Source: a virus
Taxonomy: Duplodnaviria; Heunggongvirae; Uroviricota; Caudoviricetes
IMG/VR virus record: IMGVR_UViG_2837719392_000001
Reading direction: 5' to 3' (one strand)
Length of the DNA stretch: 64,000 nucleotides
Shown here: positions 26,350 through 35,531 of the stretch, in pieces
Numbering within the stretch: the first letter of the stretch is position 1
Layout: the number at the start of each line of letters is the position of its first letter
The notes under the pieces: model-generated
The model's input: the letters and a program-made list of their open reading frames with translations, nothing else
Databases searched by the model: none
What the model was told of the DNA's origin: nothing
Position numbers and translations under genes: made by a program

Positions 26350-26643
26350 TTGTCGTACACTCAAAAACGTCATACAAAAAGCCATATTCGACATGAATTA
26401 TATACTCATATAAAAAGAAAAGAAAAAATATTAAAGAATGTTTACGATGCAGGCTATGGATACTGTAAAAACAATGAAAAACTTGGCTCTTATTATGGAT
26501 ACACGAAAGGACAACCGCATCGTCTTTCAAAAGAAAAGATTCATTGCTCTTGTCCAATGTGTAGAGAAAAGACGAGAGAAAGAGGCTGGAAACACAGTGA
26601 TTTAGTTAATATGATGAAAGGAATTGAAGATGAGAGAGAATAG
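26350..26643 (+). CDS. small basic Cys-containing protein, paralog of 28623..28880
   Basis: MSYTQKRHTK... with ...IHCSCPMCREKT. Shares the MSYxxKRH N-terminus and K-x-HKSCP motif with the ORF at 28623. Confidence 0.45.
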   Translation: MSYTQKRHTKSHIRHELYTHIKRKEKILKNVYDAGYGYCKNNEKLGSYYGYTKGQPHRLSKEKIHCSCPMCREKTRERGWKHSDLVNMMKGIEDERE

Positions 26644-26808
26644 CCAATGTGAATGATGGATAATTCTAGAAAAAATCCGTCAAGACTCTACTCCTATTGA
26701 GGATGGGAAAAACTCAAGCTGAAAGATGCACCAATAACCAAGTATAAGAGGAAGGCTATCAATAGAATGTCATGCTACAGACAGAGGATGTTCATTTGTA
26801 ATAAATAA

Positions 26809-26883
26809 CCGTCTGTAGTCTAATGGATAGGACACGGAGCTACGGACTCCGGGGTGGTGGTTCGATTCCATTCAGGCGGGCCA
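26809..26883 (+). tRNA. tRNA-Arg (ACG)
   Basis: Acceptor CCGTCTG/CAGGCGG, stem CGGAG/CTCCG, loop CTACGGA, discriminator G, CCA. Confidence 0.8.
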
Positions 26884-26896
26884 GTGAGGTAGAAAG

Positions 26897-27508
26897 ATGA
26901 TTAGAGAATTTGTTTATCAAAGGCTTAACTTTCTGATAAATAATGTACAGGTAGAACATTCATCTTTTCTTAATCAATATGCAAAAGATTTTATAAAAGG
27001 AATACAAGAGAAATGTGATGTTAACATGTCGCATGTGTTTATCGAGAATTTTCCTATAATTGTAGCCATACATGATATAGGAAAGAAACATATTCCAGAT
27101 TATATTTTAGAAAAAAAAACTCAGTTGACGGATGATGAATATGAATGTGTACAACGTCATTGCATTTTAGGATATGAAGACTTGCAAGAAGCTTTCAACA
27201 ACATACCTCTGAATGAAGAAGAAAAGGAGTTGATTAAATTATGCAAGGAATCATGTTTATATCATCACGAAAGACTTGATGGGAGCGGATATCCTTATGG
27301 TTATAAACAAATCCCTCTTATCGCTCAGATGGTAGGAATTCTTGATAGTTTTGATGCTATGACTGTAAACAGATGCTATAAGAAAGCCATGAGCAAAGAA
27401 GAAGCTATCAAAAATCTTATTCAATCAGACAAATATAATGAGGAATTTCTTTATGTATTATCGGAGGTGATAGAAGATGAAAATGAAACTAGAAATTCAG
27501 ACAAATGA
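26897..27508 (+). CDS. HD-GYP/HD-domain phosphohydrolase
   Basis: HDIGK...HHERLDGSGYPYGY motif. 203 aa. Confidence 0.65.
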   Translation: MIREFVYQRLNFLINNVQVEHSSFLNQYAKDFIKGIQEKCDVNMSHVFIENFPIIVAIHDIGKKHIPDYILEKKTQLTDDEYECVQRHCILGYEDLQEAFNNIPLNEEEKELIKLCKESCLYHHERLDGSGYPYGYKQIPLIAQMVGILDSFDAMTVNRCYKKAMSKEEAIKNLIQSDKYNEEFLYVLSEVIEDENETRNSDK

Positions 27509-27683
27509 ATTGAATGTAACTTATGAAGAATTAGTCAATCATGTTAAAGACTCTTTAAAAATGAAGAATGTCCCTTTAACAAAAGTGAAAGATGTAAAAG
27601 CATATTATGTTCCTAACACAAAAGTTTTGTATTACACAGCCATGTATAATGGTGAAGAAATCAAAGGAGAAAAATACTTGTAG
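27477..27683 (+). CDS. hypothetical small protein
   Basis: 68-aa ORF overlapping the HD gene's 3' end. Confidence 0.3.
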   Translation: MKMKLEIQTNELNVTYEELVNHVKDSLKMKNVPLTKVKDVKAYYVPNTKVLYYTAMYNGEEIKGEKYL

Positions 27684-28129
27684 TTTTATACTTACAGTTT
27701 TCTCTTTATGCCAGCATTGTGATGAAACCTCCTCGTGGTTGCTGGTGGGTCGCGCTAATATCATCACAAGAAACAGACATATGGCTGAAAATCCTTTCAA
27801 CGGGATAAGGCACACTTGCTTCATGGTGGGTGGAATTCCCATTATAGAAACTCGATTGAGATATAACATAAAGTGGTTCCAAGATGAACAATGCCGTTTG
27901 TAAATTGGCTGTGCGGACAAGGCTTTCCTATCCGGGTAACAAGGAAAGGGAAATCCTTCTGGTGATGCAAATGTCGAGGCACAGGCTCCATGGTAGAAAA
28001 ATCCAGAGAAGAAAAACATATGGTGATATATTCTGTAGTTGATGCCATGGTTGGAGGTCACAGAGTCCTTCTTTTATGCAATGAAAGCAAACGAGGAGCA
28101 GCTTGTTGAGGTATGTACGTCTGTTTTAT
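27684..28129 (+). ncRNA. candidate structured non-coding RNA (about 440 nt) upstream of tRNA-Gln(CTG). Identity unknown.
   Basis: Only Cys/His-rich nonsense ORFs on both strands. GC-rich relative to flanks. Adjacent to tRNA. Confidence 0.3.
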
Positions 28130-28204
28130 ATCGGGATAGCATAATGGTAATGCGCATGGCTCTGAACCATGTCAGTGGAGGTTCGAATCCTTCTCCCGAT
28201 GCCA
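28130..28204 (+). tRNA. tRNA-Gln (CTG)
   Basis: Acceptor ATCGGGA/TCCCGAT, stem CATGG/CCATG, loop CTCTGAA, discriminator G, CCA. Confidence 0.8.
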
Positions 28205-28282
28205 AAAAAATTTCAAAATTAGCAATTCATGATAAAATGATAGTGGTAATCCTAATATCAGGAGCCACTATAATAGAAGATG

Positions 28283-28446
28283 GTAGCAGGGAACTATCAT
28301 CTTCACTATTACATTAAAAAAAAGGAGAAAGATGATAGAAAACCACTATCATCTTAACTACTCTATTATAAAAGAGATGATAGAAGGTCACTATCATCTT
28401 CACTATACTATGACATTATTGATGATAGAAAACCAGTATCATCTTC
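28283..28446. repeat. tandem hairpin repeats: three 45-bp units (28331, 28376, 28421) each containing GATGATAGAAAACCACTATCATCTT (stem GATGATAG/CTATCATC), plus a degenerate copy at about 28283
   Basis: Direct inspection shows a 45-nt period. Repeat about 25 nt, inter-repeat 20 nt. Confidence 0.6.
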
Positions 28447-28450
28447 AAAT

Positions 28451-28525
28451 ATCTCCATAGTTTAGTTGGTAGAACGTCGGTCTCCAAAACCGAAAGCAGA
28501 TGTTCGAGTCGTCTTGGAGGTGCCA
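28451..28525 (+). tRNA. tRNA-Trp (CCA)
   Basis: Acceptor ATCTCCA/TGGAGGT, stem TCGGT/ACCGA, loop CTCCAAA, discriminator G, CCA. Confidence 0.8.
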
Positions 28526-28526
28526 T

Positions 28527-28600
28527 GGTTTCTTGGCAGATTGGTTATGCGCAGGACTGCAACTCCTGTCAAGCTGGTTCGATTCCAGCAGAAATCTCCA
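28527..28600 (+). tRNA. tRNA-Cys (GCA)
   Basis: Acceptor GGTTTCT/AGAAATC, stem CAGGA/TCCTG, loop CTGCAAC, U73 discriminator (Cys identity), CCA. Confidence 0.8.
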
Positions 28601-28622
28601 TAAATTCTATTGAGGTGATTTT

Positions 28623-28880
28623 ATGTCTTATATGAGAAAAAGACACGACAGAGCTACAAAGCTTCGTAATGATTACAAGCACATGGCTCGCAAGAAAGAA
28701 ATCATCCGTAATACATATACGGATAGCTTTTGGAGGGATGAAAGAGCAAAGAAAAGACTCTTTACGCATCGTCTAAGCGATGCCAAGATACACAAAAGCT
28801 GTCCTTTGCTTCAAAGGAAAACAAATAAACTTGGATATTCATATTCAGACAAGAAAAGAATGAAGCCTATTGAAGCGTAA
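28623..28880 (+). CDS. small basic protein, paralog of 26350..26643
   Basis: MSYMRKRHDR...KIHKSCPLLQRKT. GAGGTGA RBS. Confidence 0.45.
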   Translation: MSYMRKRHDRATKLRNDYKHMARKKEIIRNTYTDSFWRDERAKKRLFTHRLSDAKIHKSCPLLQRKTNKLGYSYSDKKRMKPIEA

Positions 28881-29159
28881 AGAAAATTTCAAGCGTGAAG
28901 GGTATCTCTTGCAGATAGCATCCTTTTAAAAAGTAAGTCATATTATAAAGTATATAAGGATACTCTTTTACTCGCTATCAGATAGCTTGAAATTTGTGAA
29001 CGTACTTTTCTGTTGTGTGCTTTCCTTGGAAAGCATTTGATGTAGCATCCTTTTAATTCTAAAAAACGGAAGATTGGGGAAGCAGAAAAGCTTATTGCTA
29101 CAAGATAGTTCGCATGGGGCTTTATGCCCCTTTTCTTTGTATATAAGGAGGTATAAAAC

Positions 29160-31121
29160 ATGGAATTAAAGAACAATTATCAGTATTTATTACTTTCACA
29201 ATATAGAATGGCTGTTTATGATGATACAGAATTGCCATTAACTCATGAAAATCTCATTAAAGCCATCACATTGAATGAGAATCTATTATCTCTCGGTTAT
29301 ACTTTAACAGCTAAGGATATCATTACATTAGCAACTTCTCCATCATTAGACACCTTTTACTCCTCAATCAAATCCATCATCCCAAATATCAAAGCTAAGC
29401 CAATGTATCCAAACTTTCCTCAACAGGTCATGAAGATGGATGAGGCAACATATCGCTTCCATCAAATGGTTCACTATTTTTCGACATATGGACTCGAATC
29501 TATGTTGCCAATTGAGATTTGTAAAGGATGGTTGCCTAGCGTTGAAGACACAGAAAAGATTAAAGAGGATGATACGTTATTAGAAGCCAAGGTACTAAGA
29601 CTTTTACCTTGTAAACTCCAATATCAAACTCCTTACACATTATCTGTATCAAAGACTGAAAGAATGACTGCCATGGAAAGAGAAATTGTCAGACATGCGT
29701 GTACAGAAATTCCTTTAAAAATCCTTCAGCAAACACCTATCCCATTTAAGGAGAATTTATTGGAATTATCATGGATTCTTTTCAATACATTAGAAAAACA
29801 ATCATTTCAGGATACACTTTCAAAAATCTGCAAACATACCGGAGATGTGTTAAGAGTCATCGCATACATCTATAAAAGAAATCATTACCATTTCAAGACA
29901 AGTCAGAAAAGAATGTTTGTGCAGGTTCTGGAAAGATATTCCCCTGCAGACCTTGAAATAAACCTGATGCTTTCTTGGAAGAAAAGAGAGGGAAATATCA
30001 AGGTTTTACAGGGGATTGATTATCAGAACTACTCTCGCTCATTACCTCATATGAATGCTGTCAAAAAGCTAAGAAACAAGGAGTTGCGTTCATGGAATGG
30101 ACAGGTTGATGCTATGCTTAAGATAAAGGATGAAAAGGCCGTCTCTTACATTGGTCAAAGACCAGGAATGCTACTGAGAATGATGGCATGGTTGATGAGA
30201 CTAGGATATGATAAAGAATCAATCAAGAAGGAACTGATGTATCATCGTGAAGACTTATCTATGCCAACTCTTATAACAGTCTTGACGTATTTCGGGGGAC
30301 ATGAGGAAAGAGAAGAGGCTGAAGGAATTTATGAAGTTTTAAGTGAGGTTCTTTTTGAAAAGATGAAATATCTCAAAACACCTCTACAGAACAAGAAAGT
30401 CTATGTGGATGAAGGAAACTTCTCCATGATAGATTCCATTGTTGAGTGTTCATCAAAATCTGATGAGGGAGGATACATCAGAAGTGGACTTGCCATCAAG
30501 ATTCCAGAGAATGTAAAGAGATTACGTTTCTTTGTCTACTGGAATGACAAGAAGAGAGTGGATATTGACCTCCACGCTGATGCCTTTGATAAGGAAGGAA
30601 ATGCATTTCATGTTGGATGGTATGGAGAATATCATAAAAATGGTATTGTGACATCAGGAGATATCACACATAGCAACGCTGCAGAATATATTGATATTGA
30701 TATGACAAAGAATGTAGCTCGTGTCGATGCTCAAATTGATATCTACGATGGAAAGAGAAGTTTCAAGGAAATAGAAGAGTGTTTTGTTGGAATGATGGCT
30801 GTCAATCAATTAGGAGAAGACGTGAAGCTATATAATCCAAAGAACTGCTTCTTCTCACATTATCTAAGAAGTCAGCTGGACTATATGAACTATGGATTTA
30901 TTGCTGTAGACAAAAGACTTCTAATCTTTGGAGGAAAGAATAGAATAGAAGACTTGTACTCATCAAAGTTCAATCTTAAAGTCTATGTGGATTTGCTTTG
31001 CTTGGCACAAGGGGCAACAATGGTTTCCAATAGAGAGGAAGCTGAAATCATCTTAAGTGTAGATAAGAGAGAAGAAGAGAATAGTGTATCTCTGATAGAT
31101 AATAACTTTTTTGTTGAATAG
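29160..31121 (+). CDS. large hypothetical protein with C-terminal TerD-like domain
   Basis: C-terminal VDIDLHADAFDKEGNAFHVGWYGE...SGDITHSNAAEYIDIDM matches the TerD fold pattern. AAGGAGG RBS. Confidence 0.5.
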   Translation: MELKNNYQYLLLSQYRMAVYDDTELPLTHENLIKAITLNENLLSLGYTLTAKDIITLATSPSLDTFYSSIKSIIPNIKAKPMYPNFPQQVMKMDEATYRFHQMVHYFSTYGLESMLPIEICKGWLPSVEDTEKIKEDDTLLEAKVLRLLPCKLQYQTPYTLSVSKTERMTAMEREIVRHACTEIPLKILQQTPIPFKENLLELSWILFNTLEKQSFQDTLSKICKHTGDVLRVIAYIYKRNHYHFKTSQKRMFVQVLERYSPADLEINLMLSWKKREGNIKVLQGIDYQNYSRSLPHMNAVKKLRNKELRSWNGQVDAMLKIKDEKAVSYIGQRPGMLLRMMAWLMRLGYDKESIKKELMYHREDLSMPTLITVLTYFGGHEEREEAEGIYEVLSEVLFEKMKYLKTPLQNKKVYVDEGNFSMIDSIVECSSKSDEGGYIRSGLAIKIPENVKRLRFFVYWNDKKRVDIDLHADAFDKEGNAFHVGWYGEYHKNGIVTSGDITHSNAAEYIDIDMTKNVARVDAQIDIYDGKRSFKEIEECFVGMMAVNQLGEDVKLYNPKNCFFSHYLRSQLDYMNYGFIAVDKRLLIFGGKNRIEDLYSSKFNLKVYVDLLCLAQGATMVSNREEAEIILSVDKREEENSVSLIDNNFFVE

Positions 31122-31270
31122 ACTGCTCATATAGGGTAGTCTATTTTTTATAAAGAAACGGATATGTTAATAATAGGAAAATCATAAAATTATTTAGAAA
31201 AATAACAAATATTTATAAAAATATGTTATTATAGAGAAGTCAAAAATAGTAAAGAAAGGAGGTTGGATGA

Positions 31271-32734
31271 ATGTTAAATACTATTTTATCGCCAGGAATT
31301 ATTATAGGAGCCATCGTTATTATCATTATTGTTTTGATTATGTTGACTGGTTATGTCAAGGCATCACCAGATACGGCGTATATTATATCTGGATTGAGAA
31401 AAGAACCAAAAGTTTTGATTGGTAAAGCAGGAATTAAAATACCTTTCCTAGAAAAGAAAGATGAATTGAATTTACAATTAATTCCTATTGATGTACAAAC
31501 TTCTAACGCTGTACCAACAGCCGATTATATCAATATTAATGTCGATGCTACAGTGAATGTAAAAATCAGTGACAAAACAGAATTATTGAATTTAGCTGCA
31601 CAAAACTTTTTAAATAAATCGACAGAATATATTGCAAGAGTAGCACGAGAAGTCCTTGAGGGAAACGTTCGTGAAATTGTCGGCCGAATGAATTTGGAAG
31701 AAATGGTTTCTGATAGACAAAAATTTGCTGAATTGGTTAAGGAAAATGCAGAACCAGATTTGGCAAAAATGGGACTAGATATCGTTTCTTTTAATGTTCA
31801 GAATTTCATGGATGACCAACAAGTTATTGAAAACCTTGGTGTTGATAATATTGTAAAAATTCAAAAGAATGCAGCCATTTCTAGAGCAGTGAGCGAACGA
31901 GACATTGCAGAAGCCCAATCAAAAGCTTCACAAGAAGCCAATGATGCTAGAATTGAAGCGGAAACAAAAATTGCAGAAAGAAATAATGAATTAGCCATTA
32001 AACAGGCAGAATTAAAGAAGGTTTCTGATGCAAAGAAAGCAGAAGCAGATGCTGCTTATAAGATTCAAGAAGAACAATCTCGTAAGTCTATTGAAATTGC
32101 CACTGCAGATGCCAACATTATGCGCCAAGAAAAGGAAATTGAATTAAGAAGAAAAGATGTAGAAGTCACTGAACAAGAATTAGAAGCCAAAATCAAAAAA
32201 CAGGCAGAAGCTGAAAAATTTGCTGCTCAACAAAAAGCTGATGCTGAATTGTATAAGCGTCAAAAAGAAGCTGAAGCAAGATTCTTTGAGACTCAAAAAG
32301 AAGCCGAAGCTCAAAAGGCTAAAGCAGAAGCTATCAAATATCAAATGGAACAGGAAGCTGCTGGTATTGCAGCCAAAGGTGAGGCTGAAGCCAAAGCCAT
32401 TGAAGCAAAAGGTATTGCTGAAGCTCAAGCTCTTGATAGAAAAGCAGAAGCTATGAAAAAATATGGAGAAGCTGCCATTGCTGAAATGTATTTCAATGCT
32501 TGGCCAAAAGCTGTTGAAGCAGCTGCAAAACCTCTTGAAAAGGTTGGTAATATTACTATGTATGGTGAAGGAAACAGTGCAAAGCTTATTGAGGACGTTA
32601 TGAAAAGTACAACTCAAGTCAATTCAGGTTTAGAAGGAAGTATCGGCATGGGATTAAATCCAATGTTATCTAGTTTGCTTGGAATCAAAGCAATGTCAAC
32701 TTTATCTGATAATCAGACTAATGAAGGAGAGTAA
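31271..32734 (+). CDS. flotillin-like SPFH/band-7 membrane protein
   Basis: N-terminal TM helix, SPFH region, long EA/AK coiled-coil repeats (AEAEKFAAQQKADAE...). Confidence 0.7.
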   Translation: MLNTILSPGIIIGAIVIIIIVLIMLTGYVKASPDTAYIISGLRKEPKVLIGKAGIKIPFLEKKDELNLQLIPIDVQTSNAVPTADYININVDATVNVKISDKTELLNLAAQNFLNKSTEYIARVAREVLEGNVREIVGRMNLEEMVSDRQKFAELVKENAEPDLAKMGLDIVSFNVQNFMDDQQVIENLGVDNIVKIQKNAAISRAVSERDIAEAQSKASQEANDARIEAETKIAERNNELAIKQAELKKVSDAKKAEADAAYKIQEEQSRKSIEIATADANIMRQEKEIELRRKDVEVTEQELEAKIKKQAEAEKFAAQQKADAELYKRQKEAEARFFETQKEAEAQKAKAEAIKYQMEQEAAGIAAKGEAEAKAIEAKGIAEAQALDRKAEAMKKYGEAAIAEMYFNAWPKAVEAAAKPLEKVGNITMYGEGNSAKLIEDVMKSTTQVNSGLEGSIGMGLNPMLSSLLGIKAMSTLSDNQTNEGE

Positions 32735-32881
32735 TCCCCTTCATTTTTTTTCTGTATTTTTCGCACAAAGCAACATTTATATGATAAAATATAGACAATT
32801 TGAAATAGGTGTAGACACCTGGAGGGCAGAGAAGATACGTATTCATTTATGTGTTTTCTCTGTCTTTTTATGGAGGTAGAA

Positions 32882-33181
32882 ATGATAAGAGTTAATTACG
32901 ATTTTACTATCAAATCTTATTCACAGGGATATAAGGTTTATCGTGAGTTACATAAGATTGATAAAAAGGGAAACCCATTATATGATTTTTTAGGATATGC
33001 TACTGATATTCCACATGCTCTGGGAATGATTCAAAAACGCATGGAAAGAGAAAAGGTAGATGAAGGTGATTGGACATTAAAAGAAGCAATTGAACAATTC
33101 AAGGCAATTCATGATGATTTATATAAGGATTTTTTAAGTATTGAACAAACTATCAAAAACCATGAAAACACTCACTCATAA
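32882..33181 (+). CDS. hypothetical protein
   Basis: ATG with GGAGGT RBS (MIRVNYDF...). Confidence 0.4.
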   Translation: MIRVNYDFTIKSYSQGYKVYRELHKIDKKGNPLYDFLGYATDIPHALGMIQKRMEREKVDEGDWTLKEAIEQFKAIHDDLYKDFLSIEQTIKNHENTHS

Positions 33182-33401
33182 TTGGATAAGATTTTGGATT
33201 GGCTACATAGCCCTGTTTATGATTTTATGCATGGCTGATGTAAAAACTGGATTGTTCTTTTATGGCCCCATCGGGATTATGCATGGAATGTTGATAGGAT
33301 ATATCATATATCCAAATATGAATGATAAGAAGTTTTATATTCCATACTATTTGTATTATATTTGGACATTTGTTAACTGTTTATTGTTTATATACTTGTA
33401 A
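33141..33401 (+). CDS. hypothetical small membrane protein
   Basis: 86-aa ORF with hydrophobic segments. Confidence 0.3.
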   Translation: MNKLSKTMKTLTHNWIRFWIGYIALFMILCMADVKTGLFFYGPIGIMHGMLIGYIIYPNMNDKKFYIPYYLYYIWTFVNCLLFIYL

Positions 33402-33496
33402 AATAAAAACAACAAAAAGTAGATAATAGCATATCTATATTGACTTAAAACAGTTAATATGATATAATATGTATACATTTGAAGGAGGTATGATAG

Positions 33497-34390
33497 ATGG
33501 CTAATAAAAGTTTTATTATTAATAAATTAAAAGAAAGATTAGCATGGATGAAGGAAAATACTGACTATAATGTGGCATTTATCTGTCTTCAGGGAAGCCA
33601 AAATTATGCTATGGATACAAAAAAAAGTGATGTTGACGTTAAGTGCTTTATAGTTCCTACGCTAAAGGACATGGTAAGCAATAAACAACCAGTCAGCAAA
33701 ATTTATACTATGGATGATAACAGCATCATTGATGTTAAAGATATAAGACTGTTACCTTCATTGCTACATAAATGCAATCCATCTTATCTTGAACTTTTGT
33801 ATTCTGATTATTTTTTAACAAACAATTCTTATCATCGCGTACCAACTTTAAGATTGAAAAAACAATTAAAGAAAGTTCGTCATGATATTTGCAATAGAGA
33901 TGTTATGCGTTTTATGAAATGCTTAAAAGGCAATGTACATGATAGACGTAAACATATGGAAAAAGAAACAGAAACGACTGCTAAGGACATTGAAATCTAT
34001 GGATATGTTCCTAAGGACTTTCATCATTTATTGAGATATACTTACATGATTGAAGAAATCAATAGACTTGGTAAAATCAAGTTTGAGTCATTAATGTCTC
34101 TTGATTTTTTAACAAGACCGAAATTCAATGAATTAAAGCTCTACAAGACAAATCCTGTTTCAAAAGTGGAAGCCATGAGATTAGCAGATATGTATGTCAA
34201 TAAAGCGGATAGAATTGTAGAAGAATTTGAAGCAAACTATAGTGGCAATATTAATGATGAAATTGATGAAAAAGTGAAACATTATGTCAATGAGTATGTA
34301 GAGTTCTGTATTGAACGTGATGTGATTACAGAATTCGTTGACAAGGTTCAACAAAAGAAATTAAAAGAAGTAGAAAGAGAAAGGAGCTAA
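33497..34390 (+). CDS. pol-beta-superfamily nucleotidyltransferase (GS-x10-DVDV motif). CD-NTase- or AbiEii-like.
   Basis: CLQGSQNYAMDTKKSDVDVKCF is the GS...[DE]h[DE]h NTase signature. Third acidic motif IIDVKDI. GAAGGAGG RBS. Confidence 0.5.
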   Translation: MANKSFIINKLKERLAWMKENTDYNVAFICLQGSQNYAMDTKKSDVDVKCFIVPTLKDMVSNKQPVSKIYTMDDNSIIDVKDIRLLPSLLHKCNPSYLELLYSDYFLTNNSYHRVPTLRLKKQLKKVRHDICNRDVMRFMKCLKGNVHDRRKHMEKETETTAKDIEIYGYVPKDFHHLLRYTYMIEEINRLGKIKFESLMSLDFLTRPKFNELKLYKTNPVSKVEAMRLADMYVNKADRIVEEFEANYSGNINDEIDEKVKHYVNEYVEFCIERDVITEFVDKVQQKKLKEVERERS

Positions 34391-34459
34391 GTTATAATTT
34401 TATAGAATCTGAAAAGCTACCTTTTATGGTGGCTTTTTTTTCTTAGGAGGGATACAAGC

Positions 34460-34960
34460 ATGACTTTAGAAGAATTAAAAAATATTAGTAATGAAATCAA
34501 GATAAGAAATAGTACAGGTACTCATATGATAAAGCATGTTTTTATTTATAAACCTTCAAAGAAAACATTTAAGACCTTTCAAAAATTAAATTTACCTTAT
34601 ATAAGTGACTTAATTCTTTCAATAGATGAGGACAAAAAATCATGCTTTCAGTTCTACTATGAGTCTCATCTAGAGAATGAGTTTCACGGTGTTATAGATA
34701 TAGAATGCAATGAAAATGGTTTTTGTTCCTATGTCTGTTTTAAAACAAGATACTTGAGAAAGAAATCTCCTAATAAGTATAGAGATTTAGGCAATTTTGA
34801 AATATATGGCGTCATAAGGGGTGGGAAGTTATTTCAATATCAGGTTTATACATCGATAGCTTTTTATAAAGATGCTGATATTTGTCCGGGTTGTGGAAAT
34901 ATTAATTATTTAAGCTATCAAGAAGCGTTAAAAAAAAGAAATAGCTATTTACATGAATAA
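34460..34960 (+). CDS. hypothetical protein, tandem paralog A
   Basis: MTLEELKNISNEIKIRN... about 40% identical to the next gene. Confidence 0.45.
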   Translation: MTLEELKNISNEIKIRNSTGTHMIKHVFIYKPSKKTFKTFQKLNLPYISDLILSIDEDKKSCFQFYYESHLENEFHGVIDIECNENGFCSYVCFKTRYLRKKSPNKYRDLGNFEIYGVIRGGKLFQYQVYTSIAFYKDADICPGCGNINYLSYQEALKKRNSYLHE

Positions 34961-35006
34961 CCCAGATTTTGGGCTAAGAAGAATGTATACACTGAAATAA
35001 AAGGAG

Positions 35007-35495
35007 TTGAAAAATATGACTTTAGAAGAATTCAAAAGCATCAGCAATGAAATTAAATTAAGAAATATGACATCTCAAAATATGATTCGACATTGCTTTA
35101 TTTATAATCCAACAGAGGAAGATTTTCAAAATCTTGTTAAGATGAAACTCATATATCATGAGCATAAGGATTCAGATTTCTTTACATTTGGAAAGTGGAA
35201 GCGTCCAAACAATGAAATGATTTCCTTTTTGAATGTAAAGATAGATATTCAATGCAATGAAGAAGGATTTGTAGCTTATACATGCTTCTTTGCTACTGAA
35301 GGAGGAAATAATAATAATCGAGGATATCTGAATTTAAAAGAAAACGAAATCATAGGAGTTATTCATAATCATCAATTTGGTTATTCAAAGTATGAGTCAC
35401 TTAATTTTTATTTAGATATGTTATGTAGAGATAGAGAAACAAGACCTGATTTTTCTATATATCAAGAAATTCAAAAGGCGACAGCTTTATGTTAG
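35007..35495 (+). CDS. hypothetical protein, tandem paralog B
   Basis: MTLEEFKSISNEIKLRN... Confidence 0.45.
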   Translation: MKNMTLEEFKSISNEIKLRNMTSQNMIRHCFIYNPTEEDFQNLVKMKLIYHEHKDSDFFTFGKWKRPNNEMISFLNVKIDIQCNEEGFVAYTCFFATEGGNNNNRGYLNLKENEIIGVIHNHQFGYSKYESLNFYLDMLCRDRETRPDFSIYQEIQKATALC

Positions 35496-35531
35496 AAATT
35501 TTATTGGGATTTTACCCAGGAGTGAAAGGAG

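Noticed and set aside
27576-28061. 161-aa minus-strand ORF (and overlapping 27607..27903 +, 27706..27891 -, 27842..28048 -)
   Set aside because: Cys/His/Phe-rich nonsense composition, mutually overlapping on both strands, inside a GC-rich structured-RNA-like segment. Better explained as non-coding.
28283-28446. CRISPR array interpretation of the 45-bp tandem hairpin repeats
   Set aside because: Only 3-4 units. Inter-repeat segments are 20 nt (too short for spacers). Repeats are palindromic hairpins, and there are no cas genes anywhere in the window.
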